64,000 bases of DNA. It comes from an uncultured Planctomycetia bacterium (GTDB taxonomy: Bacteria; Omnitrophota; Gorgyraeia; Pluralincolimonadales; Pluralincolimonadaceae). The translations under genes were made by a program, and so were the position numbers. Shown here piece after piece: positions 9,759-18,444 of this stretch (its first letter is position 1; every line of letters begins with the position of its first letter). The stretch is taken from NCBI GenBank assembly GCA_964484255.1, contig CAZAEH010000001.1, positions 68,674 through 132,673 on the forward strand. Reading direction: 5' to 3'. The notes beneath the pieces were generated by a model. It saw nothing but the letters and a program-made list of their open reading frames with translations, had not been told where the DNA came from and made no database searches.

Positions 9759-10532
9759 TCAGATCTTTTTACCGATATAAAAAACATATCCGTAATACTG
9801 CTTGTATTTTGAATACAGCTCGGCTTCATGCTTCATGTACCCGACAAAAGTCTCCGCAGTTTTATTTCCGGCGTTATCTTCCAAAAATGCTTTTTGTACC
9901 GCTTTTTGCGGGATAAAATATGTGTCCGTCCAGCATTCTTCAGGCAATATAAAAGCGGCGACAAGGCTATAACCGGTTTTTTGCATTATTGAGATATTAT
10001 GCCCTATTGTACCCATTTCAGGGACAGCATCGACCCAAAACTTCTCGATCTCAGCGGGCCGTTCATCGGTAAACCATGACTCATACGTTAGAGCGATATA
10101 GCCGCCTTTTTTCAGGAAGCCTTTCCAATAGTTCAGGCCCTTTTGAAAACCTATATTGGCGATAGCTCCTTCAGACCATATAACGTCGAATTTTTCATTC
10201 TGGAACGGTAAATTGTCCATTGAACCGACGATGCCTTTTACCCTGTCCTGCAAACCGAGCTTTTCGGCATTTGCGTTAAACTTCGCGATAAAACCGGGAA
10301 ATAGGTCAAGCCCGGTAATTGTCCCTTTTGTGTGTTGCGCAAGGACCATAGTCTGGCCGCCCGTTCCGCAAGCAAGGTCCGCGATCTCCAATTCATCTGA
10401 AAAATTGTCGATAAAACTTAACGCCCTGACAGTGGATTCGACGCTGCCGGGACCCTGCCGCTCCAGCCTTCCGAAATAATCACAAATTAACTTTGGATCA
10501 AAATCGTGAATTAACGCTTCGTCATTTTCCAA
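9759..10532 (-). CDS. Class I SAM-dependent methyltransferase
   Basis: [10 protein letters not shown] motif I. Confidence 0.8.
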   Translation of the reverse strand: MENDEALIHDFDPKLICDYFGRLERQGPGSVESTVRALSFIDNFSDELEIADLACGTGGQTMVLAQHTKGTITGLDLFPGFIAKFNANAEKLGLQDRVKGIVGSMDNLPFQNEKFDVIWSEGAIANIGFQKGLNYWKGFLKKGGYIALTYESWFTDERPAEIEKFWVDAVPEMGTIGHNISIMQKTGYSLVAAFILPEECWTDTYFIPQKAVQKAFLEDNAGNKTAETFVGYMKHEAELYSKYKQYYGYVFYIGKKI

Positions 10533-10595
10533 TACATTTCTCCATCAAATTAGCCGGTATTTCGTATAAATTCACGCTTTAATGGCCCGGCGTTA

Positions 10596-11150
10596 CTATG
10601 TCTTCGCTCCTAAATAGAAGACCATGTTGTCGGACGGCCGGACTAAGATGATCTCGACCGCTGAGGGGTATGTGCTATGGAAACAGGCGCTCCAAAGATA
10701 TATGAACATCTTATCAGATCGGATCTCGTCTTCCTTCGGGAACCACGAGATCTTCTCCCAACGCGAGTATCCTACAACAAAATCGACAGCCTTGCTTATA
10801 ATCTCGGGCAATTGATCTCCGCGATACCAGCTGACGCAAAATTCGTTTGGACCGGGCGTTAGCTCTGCGGGATCAACGTGGCTGATCTTGATGGCAAAGG
10901 CATCAAGATGATCGCCTGTGAATGATCGAGGAGATCGATAGCTGTAGATCACCTTCTCAATGCGGTCATCTCCCAGGTTGCACCAGTTCAACACAAAACG
11001 GACATCCTCGTTCTTTACGGAGTTGATCTCTTCCTTATTACCGAATTGCATCTGGTATATGATGAGTCCGGAGAGCAAGAGAACGCCGAGGAGAGAGATT
11101 ATTCCCCATGCGAGAAGAAGCCGTTTTACTACAGAGGTGATCTTTTTCAT
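10596..11150 (-). CDS. Membrane-anchored hypothetical protein
   Basis: N-terminal TM helix. No recognised domain. Confidence 0.5.
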   Translation of the reverse strand: MKKITSVVKRLLLAWGIISLLGVLLLSGLIIYQMQFGNKEEINSVKNEDVRFVLNWCNLGDDRIEKVIYSYRSPRSFTGDHLDAFAIKISHVDPAELTPGPNEFCVSWYRGDQLPEIISKAVDFVVGYSRWEKISWFPKEDEIRSDKMFIYLWSACFHSTYPSAVEIILVRPSDNMVFYLGAKT

Positions 11151-11160
11151 TTCATCTGTT

Positions 11161-11466
11161 CACCTTTCTTTTTTATGTTTTTTCAATAACTCGCTAACTA
11201 AAATACCGTCAATAGTCATACCCTGAATATTGCAATCAACTATCTTAACGTTCGACATATCAACCTTCCGGAAGGTGCTGTCGCACAACATAGCTTCCTC
11301 AATATCGCTAAGATTGATATTATGGAACTTCGCTTTACTTAAAGTTCATATCATTAAAATCGGCTCCGGAAAGGTTTACATCGTGGAATTCGGATCCGGA
11401 AATATCCGCATGATCAGCCAGGTGCTTTCCGCATTTAATCGTCGGTTCCATTTTATTGTTTCTCAT
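11161..11466 (-). pseudogene. Pentapeptide-repeat protein gene interrupted by a frameshift and in-frame TAA
   Basis: Frame A reads MRNNKMEPTIKCGKHLADHADISGSEFHDVNLSGADFNDMNFK then stops. Frame A+1 continues with AKFHNINLSDIEEAMLCDSTFRKVDMSNVKIVDCNIQGMTIDGILVSELLKKHKKER. The A(D/N)(L/F)xx repeats continue across the break. Confidence 0.6.
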
Positions 11467-11470
11467 ATTT

Positions 11471-11752
11471 CTATTTTCCTCCTGTAAAGGCCACGATTAT
11501 TACGACAACCGCCGGCAAGAAGAGAAGCAACCAGCCGCCAAAGGCGACAAAGCGTCCAGGGGTTTTTCCGGTGATTGCACCTCGTCCGAACCCGACGCCC
11601 GTATAGGCACCCATGGCATCGCTGAACCAGATACAGGCTAATGGGAGGATCAAGAAGATAGCAACACGCCAAGTCAATTCCGGACCATTGGTAAAATATG
11701 CAACCACCAGATACCCAAGGGCAATGATTCCAGAGATAACCTTGCTTTTCAT
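11471..11752 (-). CDS. Small membrane protein (about 94 aa, 3 TM), cassette-like gene 1
   Basis: ORF with RBS. AT-rich. Lies directly after repeat E1. Followed 4 nt later by the pentapeptide pseudogene. Confidence 0.55.
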   Translation of the reverse strand: MKSKVISGIIALGYLVVAYFTNGPELTWRVAIFLILPLACIWFSDAMGAYTGVGFGRGAITGKTPGRFVAFGGWLLLFLPAVVVIIVAFTGGK

Positions 11753-11760
11753 TTTTCTAT

Positions 11761-11841
11761 CTCTAACTCTAACGATTGAGCTCAGCAAGTGCGACATAAA
11801 AACAGGATGCCGACGTAATCCGCTGAAGTGAAATGTTAGAA
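11761..11841 (-). repeat. attC-like imperfect palindromic repeat E1 (inverse-core TTCTAAC overlapping the gene 2 stop codon ... core GTTAGAG)
   Basis: Pairs with E2 over most of its length (about 70 of 80 bp by eye). R and L boxes are separated by unpaired spacers and one arm carries an extra base. Confidence 0.55.
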
Positions 11842-12225
11842 GTTCATTTTTTCCGAGTACCATTCATAAATGTATATTGTAATGATAATAGCTGCTAAAA
11901 ATAACGGTGCCTCACCTAGGAAATTAGCTATTCCTGTTACTGCAATCCATTTAAAAAATACTAAAGACAAAAGCCCTAATACGTTTCCTGCGGCAAAGCA
12001 AAAAAACCCTACGATTGATTTATAAAACAGGGCGATGTTCCCAACAAATGTCAATATTAGAGCTACGAATAGCATTATAATACCTACGATATTCGCTGTT
12101 CCTTTCCCCATTTCATATACTTCCGCAGGAACAGCAAATCTACTAAAAAAAGGATAAATAATCGCTGCTATTAAAAGAACTAAATGTGATACTAATAAAT
12201 AATTAAAATATTTTTTTAAACTCAT
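11836..12225 (-). CDS. Small membrane protein (129 aa, 4 TM), cassette-like gene 2
   Basis: ORF with AGGAGAGAA RBS. AT-rich. The TAA stop lies inside the E1 inverse-core. Confidence 0.6.
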   Translation of the reverse strand: MSLKKYFNYLLVSHLVLLIAAIIYPFFSRFAVPAEVYEMGKGTANIVGIIMLFVALILTFVGNIALFYKSIVGFFCFAAGNVLGLLSLVFFKWIAVTGIANFLGEAPLFLAAIIITIYIYEWYSEKMNF

Positions 12226-12234
12226 TTCTCTCCT

Positions 12235-12309
12235 TCTAACGTTTGAACTCAGCGGGTGGACCCTTATAAACAGGACGCCGGGACAGTCCGCTGGAATAAA
12301 ATGTTAAAT
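12235..12309 (-). repeat. attC-like imperfect palindromic repeat E2 (inverse-core ATTTAAC ... core GTTAGAA)
   Basis: Starts 3 nt after the gene 3 TAG stop. Ends 9 nt before the gene 2 ATG. Same architecture as E1. Confidence 0.55.
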
Positions 12310-12312
12310 GTT

Positions 12313-12588
12313 CTATTTCTGTTTTATTAATTTATTTTTCACGATGACTAATATTGCTGCCACCGATAACGAGAAAATAATATCTATTAATAAATTTGGC
12401 GCTATAAAAGTACTTGAGAGCTCAGTATCTGTAGTAAAATCTATTACGGTATCGTAATAAATAAACGGAAATCCAAGACTGATTGAATTGATTGGGTGTT
12501 TTGTTATACTGTATATAATCTCGCCTACCAAAAGGACCGATGATAGCACCAATACTTGGATTATTGCTTTTGTTATATTGTTTTTCAT
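12313..12588 (-). CDS. Small membrane protein (91 aa, 2 TM), cassette-like gene 3
   Basis: ORF starting MKNNITK. AT-rich. Confidence 0.5.
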   Translation of the reverse strand: MKNNITKAIIQVLVLSSVLLVGEIIYSITKHPINSISLGFPFIYYDTVIDFTTDTELSSTFIAPNLLIDIIFSLSVAAILVIVKNKLIKQK

Positions 12589-12600
12589 ATTAATCTTCCC

Positions 12601-12660
12601 ATAATGATTGAACTCAGCGGGTGCGAGCAATACGAACTCCGCCGGAGTAAAATGCTAAAC
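12601..12660 (-). repeat. Degenerate attC-like repeat E3, directly after the TolC operon
   Basis: Aligns to E1 and E2 (TTTAGCATTTTACTCCGGCGGA...CACCCGCTGAGTTCAA). Terminal core positions are decayed. Confidence 0.45.
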
Positions 12661-12721
12661 TTTATTTTTGGATTAAGTCCTTAACTCAAAGTTTACATTG
12701 GGGTTAGGTGTTTGTAAAGGG

Positions 12722-14050
12722 CTATTTCATGCCTTGCGAGATGATACCCACGGACTTTTCGTACTTGGCGCGGGAGGTGAGGTAATCCGATATCGCGGAA
12801 GCACGGTTCTGTTTTGCGGAAACAAGCTGGGTCTCGGCGTCGGTCACTTCAATTATGGAACCGAGGCCCTCTTCGTAGCGCGCGTTCGCGATCTCAAGGT
12901 TCTCGGAGGACTGCTGCAGCAGCTTACCCGTAACATCAAACCTCTCCTTCGCTTCCCCTAGGCCGAGCACCGCGTCCTGGACCTCGAGGGTTATCCTTAA
13001 GGACTCGTCTTCTATGGCGTATTGCGCCATCTTGAGGCTCGCCTGCGCGGCCTCGACCTGAGACTTCGTCCTGAAACCGTCAAACCACGGGAAATTCACC
13101 GAGATACCGGCATTCCAGCTCTTGACGTTGCCGACACCCTCGGTATCGGTATCGCTGACCTGCTGCGCGCCGGCCGCCGAGACGGTAGGCCAGTTGCCTT
13201 TCTTCTTGACCTCGAGGTCCGCCTGCGCCGCGCGCGCCTGCGCCTGCAGCTTGACGAGCTCTACACGGTTGTCCATGGCCGTCTTTAGCGCCTTGGCAAG
13301 ATTTATCTCCTGCGATTCCGGCATGCCGTATTCCTCCACCGCGAAATCAGAGCTGTCCTTGTTGCCCATTACGTTATTCAGCGACGCCTTGGTGAGCTTG
13401 TAATCTTTTTCCGCGGTAACAAGGCTGAGCTTAGCATTGGAGACCTCGACTTCTGCTTTGGTGACATCATATCTCTGCCTGTAACCGACCTCAAAAAACC
13501 CTTCGGCCCTTTCCAAGTGCACCTGAGACTGCTTAAGGTCCTCCCTCGCGACAGCAAGCATCAGCTGAGCCCTTAATACGGCATAATAGGCCTTCCTGGC
13601 CTCGAGTATCGTGTTCTCCTGCGCCTCAAGGAAAGCGCACTGCGCCGAGGTAAGGTTCTCTTTAGCGAGCTTTATGCTGTTGAGTGTCTTGCCGAAATCC
13701 CATATCAGCTGGCTTACCCCTGTGGATTCCTGCGCGATATTGTAACGCTTGGCAAACCCTCCCATAGAGACCATCGCCTCGCTGTCCGGCCCGAGCGTTA
13801 CCTTGGAGGTATCATAATGTGTATACCCTCCCGAGGTGGATACCTGAGGCATATATGCCGATTTTGCCGTCCCGACCATTGCCTTATAGAAATCCGAATT
13901 CCCCGCGGCTTCCTTAAGTTTCGGGTTGTTGGCAAGCGACGCCTTTACGCAGTCGTTAAGGGTCAAGACGGGTATTTCTTCCGGATAGCCCCAGGGCGCA
14001 GCCGCCAGCACAAGCGTCAATATGACTATTATCTTACGTATAAGTGACAT
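12722..14050 (-). CDS. TolC-family outer-membrane efflux protein
   Basis: Signal peptide and coiled-coil-rich OEP repeats. Last gene of the efflux operon. Confidence 0.8.
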   Translation of the reverse strand: MSLIRKIIVILTLVLAAAPWGYPEEIPVLTLNDCVKASLANNPKLKEAAGNSDFYKAMVGTAKSAYMPQVSTSGGYTHYDTSKVTLGPDSEAMVSMGGFAKRYNIAQESTGVSQLIWDFGKTLNSIKLAKENLTSAQCAFLEAQENTILEARKAYYAVLRAQLMLAVAREDLKQSQVHLERAEGFFEVGYRQRYDVTKAEVEVSNAKLSLVTAEKDYKLTKASLNNVMGNKDSSDFAVEEYGMPESQEINLAKALKTAMDNRVELVKLQAQARAAQADLEVKKKGNWPTVSAAGAQQVSDTDTEGVGNVKSWNAGISVNFPWFDGFRTKSQVEAAQASLKMAQYAIEDESLRITLEVQDAVLGLGEAKERFDVTGKLLQQSSENLEIANARYEEGLGSIIEVTDAETQLVSAKQNRASAISDYLTSRAKYEKSVGIISQGMK

Positions 14051-15162
14051 CACATAGTCCTCTTGAATGTCAGTGTTGCAAGGAAAAGCATGAGCGCCGT
14101 AAAACATGCCAGGAACAGCAGGTCGCCCCTGACCGCGGCGAAACCCGTGCCTTTCAATATCAAGGACTTAAGCGCGTGGACCGCGTAGGCCTCAGGGTTG
14201 ACCGCCGCAAAAGCCCTGAGCCAGCCCGGCAGGCTCTCTATAGGATAAACCGCGCCGCTCGGGAAATAGAATATTACGTTCAGGAAGCCTATGGTGACAC
14301 CGACAATACGCGGATGGTCCGCCCTTCCCAGGACCATGAATATCATGCTAAGAAGGCCAAGCGCCGTAAGCACTATGGTAAATACCAGCAGCGCAAATGA
14401 CATCAGGCCGCCGGCAAGTTTTATCCCCGTTATGAACATACCTCCCATCATGACAAGAAAAGACATTATGGTCGTAATAAAAACACCGCTTATTATAGTC
14501 CCGACGACTATATCCATCCTGGTAAGCGGCGTCGACAGGTAGCTCTCATGTATGCCGAGGAACTTGTCCATCACGATGCTGAAAGCCCCCGTGAAAGTGG
14601 TCCCCATAAATATCGCCATGACTATTATGCCGGGCACCAGTGACGCGTCATAATCGATCTTCTTGTAAAGTTCCACAGCCCTGAACTGCGTCTTCGCCAG
14701 CGTCAAGCGCACAGAGATATACTCCGACTTCAGGTAGTTCATGGCGCGTGAGACGGCGCTGGATACCCCCGCGGCGGAAATGCTGTCGGTATTATCGAGG
14801 AAAAGTCCTATCTGGGGATTCACGTCCTTGACGACATCCTCGCTGAAGCGCGGCGGAATAATCAAGGCCCCCTTGTAAAAACCATTCTTAACCGCCTCTA
14901 TCGCGGCCTTCTGGTCGGTCATCTTTGTTATGTCGAGCGTGCGCGGGCCGTCCCTTAACGCCTGCAGGAGCTCAGTGACGCGCCTGGCATAGGGGCCGTT
15001 ATCCTGGTCGATGATGACAACGGGTATGTGCTTGAGCTCGCCCTGGAAAGAGTTGCCCATTATAATAAGGTAGACCAAGGGCATGAGGATGCTCGCTATT
15101 ATCACTATCGGGTTACGCGAGAACCTCCTAAGGTCCCTCTCTGTTATGGCTAACGCTCTCAT
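14050..15162 (-). CDS. ABC-2 type transporter permease
   Basis: 6 TM helices after a large N-terminal periplasmic loop. Adjacent to an ATPase. Confidence 0.8.
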   Translation of the reverse strand: MRALAITERDLRRFSRNPIVIIASILMPLVYLIIMGNSFQGELKHIPVVIIDQDNGPYARRVTELLQALRDGPRTLDITKMTDQKAAIEAVKNGFYKGALIIPPRFSEDVVKDVNPQIGLFLDNTDSISAAGVSSAVSRAMNYLKSEYISVRLTLAKTQFRAVELYKKIDYDASLVPGIIVMAIFMGTTFTGAFSIVMDKFLGIHESYLSTPLTRMDIVVGTIISGVFITTIMSFLVMMGGMFITGIKLAGGLMSFALLVFTIVLTALGLLSMIFMVLGRADHPRIVGVTIGFLNVIFYFPSGAVYPIESLPGWLRAFAAVNPEAYAVHALKSLILKGTGFAAVRGDLLFLACFTALMLFLATLTFKRTM

Positions 15163-16169
15163 ACGCGCGCTCCCGGCATCTGTTTCGGCGCCCCGGCCCC
15201 GGAGAAGAAGTTCACCTTCTGGGCCTCTGTCTCCCTTATCGTCTTGCCCGTGTAGTGTATAAAGACATCCTCCAGGGATTGCTCGTGTATAGCAAGATAA
15301 TCGATCGAGACGTTCATCTTCCTGAGTTCTTCGATTATCACCGGCATCGATTTGGCCGCATCCTCGACATAGACCCTTATGGCCTCGTCCTTCTCGGTAA
15401 TGTTCTTGACGAAAGGCATCGCTTTAAGCTTCGCGTCGGCCTCGGGCGATAAATTGCCCAATGTCATTTCGATGATATCGAACCCGCCGATGCTCCTCTT
15501 GAGGTTGGACGGAGAATCGAGCACTACTATCTTGCCGTAATCGACAATGGCTATCCTGTCGCATAGTACATCGGCCTCGTCCATGTAATGCGTGGTTATG
15601 AAAATGGTCAGTTTCGTCTCCCGGCGGATCTTCTGCAGGAGTTCCCATATGACACGGCGCGACTGCGGGTCAAGGCCGGTCGTGGGTTCATCAAGGAAGA
15701 GTATATACGGCTTGTGTATCAGGCCGCGGGCTATCTCAAGGCGGCGCCTCATGCCTCCCGAATACGTCGCCACGAGGTCCTTCGCCCTGGCCGTCAAGCC
15801 TACAGTCTCCAGGAGGTATTTCATGCTCTCTTGGCGCTGTTTTTTCGGGATGTCGAAATACTTGCCGTAAATATCAAGGTTCTCCCACGCGGTAAGGTCG
15901 AGGTCGGAGGTCATCGCCTGCGAGACTACGCCTATATTCCTCCTGACATGCGCCGGGCGCTTGACGACATCGATACCCCTGATACTCGCCTGCCCGGAAG
16001 TCGGCCTCACAAGGCACGTAAGGATCCTGTTCAGGGTCGTCTTACCGGCCCCATTGGGGCCTAAAAGGCCGAAGATCTCGCCCTCGTCGACGTTGAAACT
16101 TACGTCGTTGACGGCGATGACCGACGGGTACTTCTTTACTATATTATGCGCTTCTACCGCGTATGCCAT
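15159..16169 (-). CDS. ABC transporter ATP-binding protein
   Basis: Walker A GPNGAGKTT and Walker B LDEPTTGLD motifs. Confidence 0.9.
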   Translation of the reverse strand: MAYAVEAHNIVKKYPSVIAVNDVSFNVDEGEIFGLLGPNGAGKTTLNRILTCLVRPTSGQASIRGIDVVKRPAHVRRNIGVVSQAMTSDLDLTAWENLDIYGKYFDIPKKQRQESMKYLLETVGLTARAKDLVATYSGGMRRRLEIARGLIHKPYILFLDEPTTGLDPQSRRVIWELLQKIRRETKLTIFITTHYMDEADVLCDRIAIVDYGKIVVLDSPSNLKRSIGGFDIIEMTLGNLSPEADAKLKAMPFVKNITEKDEAIRVYVEDAAKSMPVIIEELRKMNVSIDYLAIHEQSLEDVFIHYTGKTIRETEAQKVNFFSGAGAPKQMPGARV

Positions 16170-16173
16170 ATTC

Positions 16174-17088
16174 TTATTCTTTGAACTCGACGGTTGCGGT
16201 CATGCCTTGCTTGAGCACGCCTTTCGGTTCGTCTATCTTCGTCTTTACCCTGTAAGTCTTTATGTCCTGCCTGCCGCGTTTTACGTCCCTCTGTGTCGCG
16301 AACTCGCCTTCGCTGTTTATCTCGGTAACGCGACCTTTGAATTCCTGTCCGGGGAGCGAATCCACCCGTATGCTTACGATGTCACCCAACTTTATCCTGG
16401 AAACAGCCGTCTCCTCGACATCCACGCGTACCCATATATCTGACAGGTCAACTATTGTAAGTATCGTGGAGCCGATCGAGGCCATCTCGCCGGGTTCATA
16501 TGCCCGGAGCGTCACTGCTCCGGAGAGCGTAGAATCTATCACCGTGTCCTCAAGATTTGTCTTTGCCACCTTGAGCGCGGCCTTCGACTGCTTTACGCTC
16601 GCTTCGGCGAGGGATTTTTGCGCCTCGGCGCCGTTCAAGTCGGCAACGGCGGTATCGTAGGCCGTCTTGGCCTTGTCCACGTCGTTCTGGGCGACAAGTT
16701 TCTTTTCCAGCAGTTTGCTGTTGCGGTCGAGGTCACGTTTAGTGTCCTCGATGCGTACCTTTACCTTTTCTATATCGGCCGCCGCGGTCAGCACATTCGC
16801 CCTTGCCACATCAAGATTTGCTTCGGCCTGTTCAAACTCGGCCTTTCTCTTCCGGTCATCGAGCACAATCGCCACTTCGCCGGCCTTGGCATAATCACCT
16901 TCACGGAACCTGACTTCGCTTATCCTTTCGGATATCTTTGGCGCCAGGTTCACCTCCGTGGCCTCTACGATCCCCGTAGTCTTGAATATCCCTTTCGGCA
17001 GGCGACGCGGCATTATGTAAAGAACTCCTGCGGCCAATACGGAAAGGGCCGCCAAAAGGATGATCACTTTTTTCAAATGTTTCTTCAT
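16174..17088 (-). CDS. HlyD-family membrane fusion (periplasmic adaptor) protein
   Basis: N-terminal TM helix, coiled coil, beta-barrel and lipoyl motifs. Confidence 0.8.
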   Translation of the reverse strand: MKKHLKKVIILLAALSVLAAGVLYIMPRRLPKGIFKTTGIVEATEVNLAPKISERISEVRFREGDYAKAGEVAIVLDDRKRKAEFEQAEANLDVARANVLTAAADIEKVKVRIEDTKRDLDRNSKLLEKKLVAQNDVDKAKTAYDTAVADLNGAEAQKSLAEASVKQSKAALKVAKTNLEDTVIDSTLSGAVTLRAYEPGEMASIGSTILTIVDLSDIWVRVDVEETAVSRIKLGDIVSIRVDSLPGQEFKGRVTEINSEGEFATQRDVKRGRQDIKTYRVKTKIDEPKGVLKQGMTATVEFKE

Positions 17089-17675
17089 TTCAAGAGGCCT
17101 CCTAATAATATCTTCCTGATATTCTCCTTTACCTGCTGCCCCGTATACGAGACTTCGCCGAGAAGTATCGGTATCAACGCTATCTGCATCATTCCTATGA
17201 TATTGTATGAAGTCACCCTGGGATCCATTTTTTTGAAAACCCCTTTATCTATACCGTCACTTATAATACCTTCTATTATCTCCGCGTACGGCATAATACC
17301 GAATTTGAGGCCGTGCCTGATCATCAGCGGCTTTCCGCCCGTCTTATTGAACAATATCCTGAAGAAACTGCCGCCGGACGTCGCGAACTTCACGTGCAAT
17401 TCTATAAGACGCTCGAGCTTGTCTTTCGGGGAATCTATTCCGGAGAGGCTCGTAACAACATTTTTCCTGAACTCCGCGGCCTTCTCCTTGATCATGTTTA
17501 TGTAAAGCTCTTCCTTACTCCTGAAATAATGGTATATTATGCCTTCGGATACCCCGGCCTGGCTAGATATCTGCTGGGTCGTGGCGTTGTCAAAACCCTC
17601 CCTCGCGGTGATGGAAAGCATCGCCTCTATTATCTTCTGCCTGGTATCTGTCTGTACTGCCGCCGCTTGAGTCAT
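17085..17675 (-). CDS. TetR/AcrR family transcriptional regulator
   Basis: HTH motif TQQISSQAGVSEGIIYHYFRSKEELY. Start placed at MTQAAAV with a GGAGAAAC RBS. Confidence 0.85.
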   Translation of the reverse strand: MTQAAAVQTDTRQKIIEAMLSITAREGFDNATTQQISSQAGVSEGIIYHYFRSKEELYINMIKEKAAEFRKNVVTSLSGIDSPKDKLERLIELHVKFATSGGSFFRILFNKTGGKPLMIRHGLKFGIMPYAEIIEGIISDGIDKGVFKKMDPRVTSYNIIGMMQIALIPILLGEVSYTGQQVKENIRKILLGGLLK

Positions 17676-17685
17676 GTTTCTCCTA

Positions 17686-17705
17686 TTGAGTGAGCACTCA
17701 CTCAA
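17686..17705. promoter_or_regulatory. Perfect palindrome TTGAGTGAG-CA-CTCACTCAA, candidate TetR operator
   Basis: 9-bp arms, located 10 bp upstream of the tetR start at the head of the efflux operon. Confidence 0.55.
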
Positions 17706-17763
17706 TATGGTAGTATACAGCTTCAACCTATGTTTGTCAAGATGTTATTTACTTTATGGGAGA

Positions 17764-18444
17764 TCAGCCTATCCAGAGCCCCTCAAGCCGCACCTGGTAA
17801 CCTTCGGCGGTACGGTTAAGGTAGTTGATAAGGCCGCTGTGCCTCCATTGCAGCATGCACATGCGGGGCTGGAAATAATACCGCGCGCCGATCTTAAGCT
17901 CCCGGCGCGTCTCGGTTATCATCCCCTCATATCCTTCCGCTATATAATAGCCGAGGTCCTTATACCCTTTCTGCCTGGGATTAAGGGGACCTGTTACGCA
18001 CCATACCATCACGCCGGTGCGCTTGTCTACGCTCATGGCTATACCGCAATGGGTTATGGGGCAGCCGCAGGAGATACCCAGCGGACGGCCTATAAGCACG
18101 TCGCCTACCTGCACGTCGAGTTCACGCGTTATCATCGGATTATGCGGTATGATTATCTCCCTCGGGCCCGGGTCTTCCTTGAAATGCTCCAGGAAAAAGT
18201 CAAAATCCCTGCCGAGCGAGTCCTTCCATGCCGTCCCGGCCGAAGGCAACCTCTCGGGGTCCTTGCCCGCGGACAAGGTATTATCGGATAAATGTATGCA
18301 CCTTTTTAGGAGATCCGGTTTTTTCTCCAGCTGCTCCGAGAGTTCGTTACACGTCTTATACCCGCAAGCCCCGCAATTAAGCGAAGGCAGTTCAAACTTG
18401 CTTTCCTTCATCTTATTCTCCCCTGTAGAATGTCTGTTCTTCAA
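17764..18444 (-). CDS. Fe-S cluster-binding protein (RnfB-like C-x2-C-x4-C-x16-C N-terminal domain) with an uncharacterised C-terminal Cys-rich domain
   Basis: LNCGACGYKTC...C pattern and CGCPITHC motif. Confidence 0.6.
   Translation of the reverse strand: MKNRHSTGENKMKESKFELPSLNCGACGYKTCNELSEQLEKKPDLLKRCIHLSDNTLSAGKDPERLPSAGTAWKDSLGRDFDFFLEHFKEDPGPREIIIPHNPMITRELDVQVGDVLIGRPLGISCGCPITHCGIAMSVDKRTGVMVWCVTGPLNPRQKGYKDLGYYIAEGYEGMITETRRELKIGARYYFQPRMCMLQWRHSGLINYLNRTAEGYQVRLEGLWIG

Noticed and set aside
11230-11487. 85-aa plus-strand ORF
   Set aside because: Antisense to the pentapeptide-repeat pseudogene. Ile/Ser-rich low-complexity sequence.
11761-12660. Conserved elements as a known riboswitch (fluoride crcB motif or guanidine-II/III) in front of small 4-TM proteins
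   Set aside because: No match to the fluoride or guanidine riboswitch consensus cores. The three downstream proteins are unrelated to each other and to CrcB/SugE. The elements instead show terminal RYYYAAC/GTTRRR boxes and overlap the preceding stop codons.
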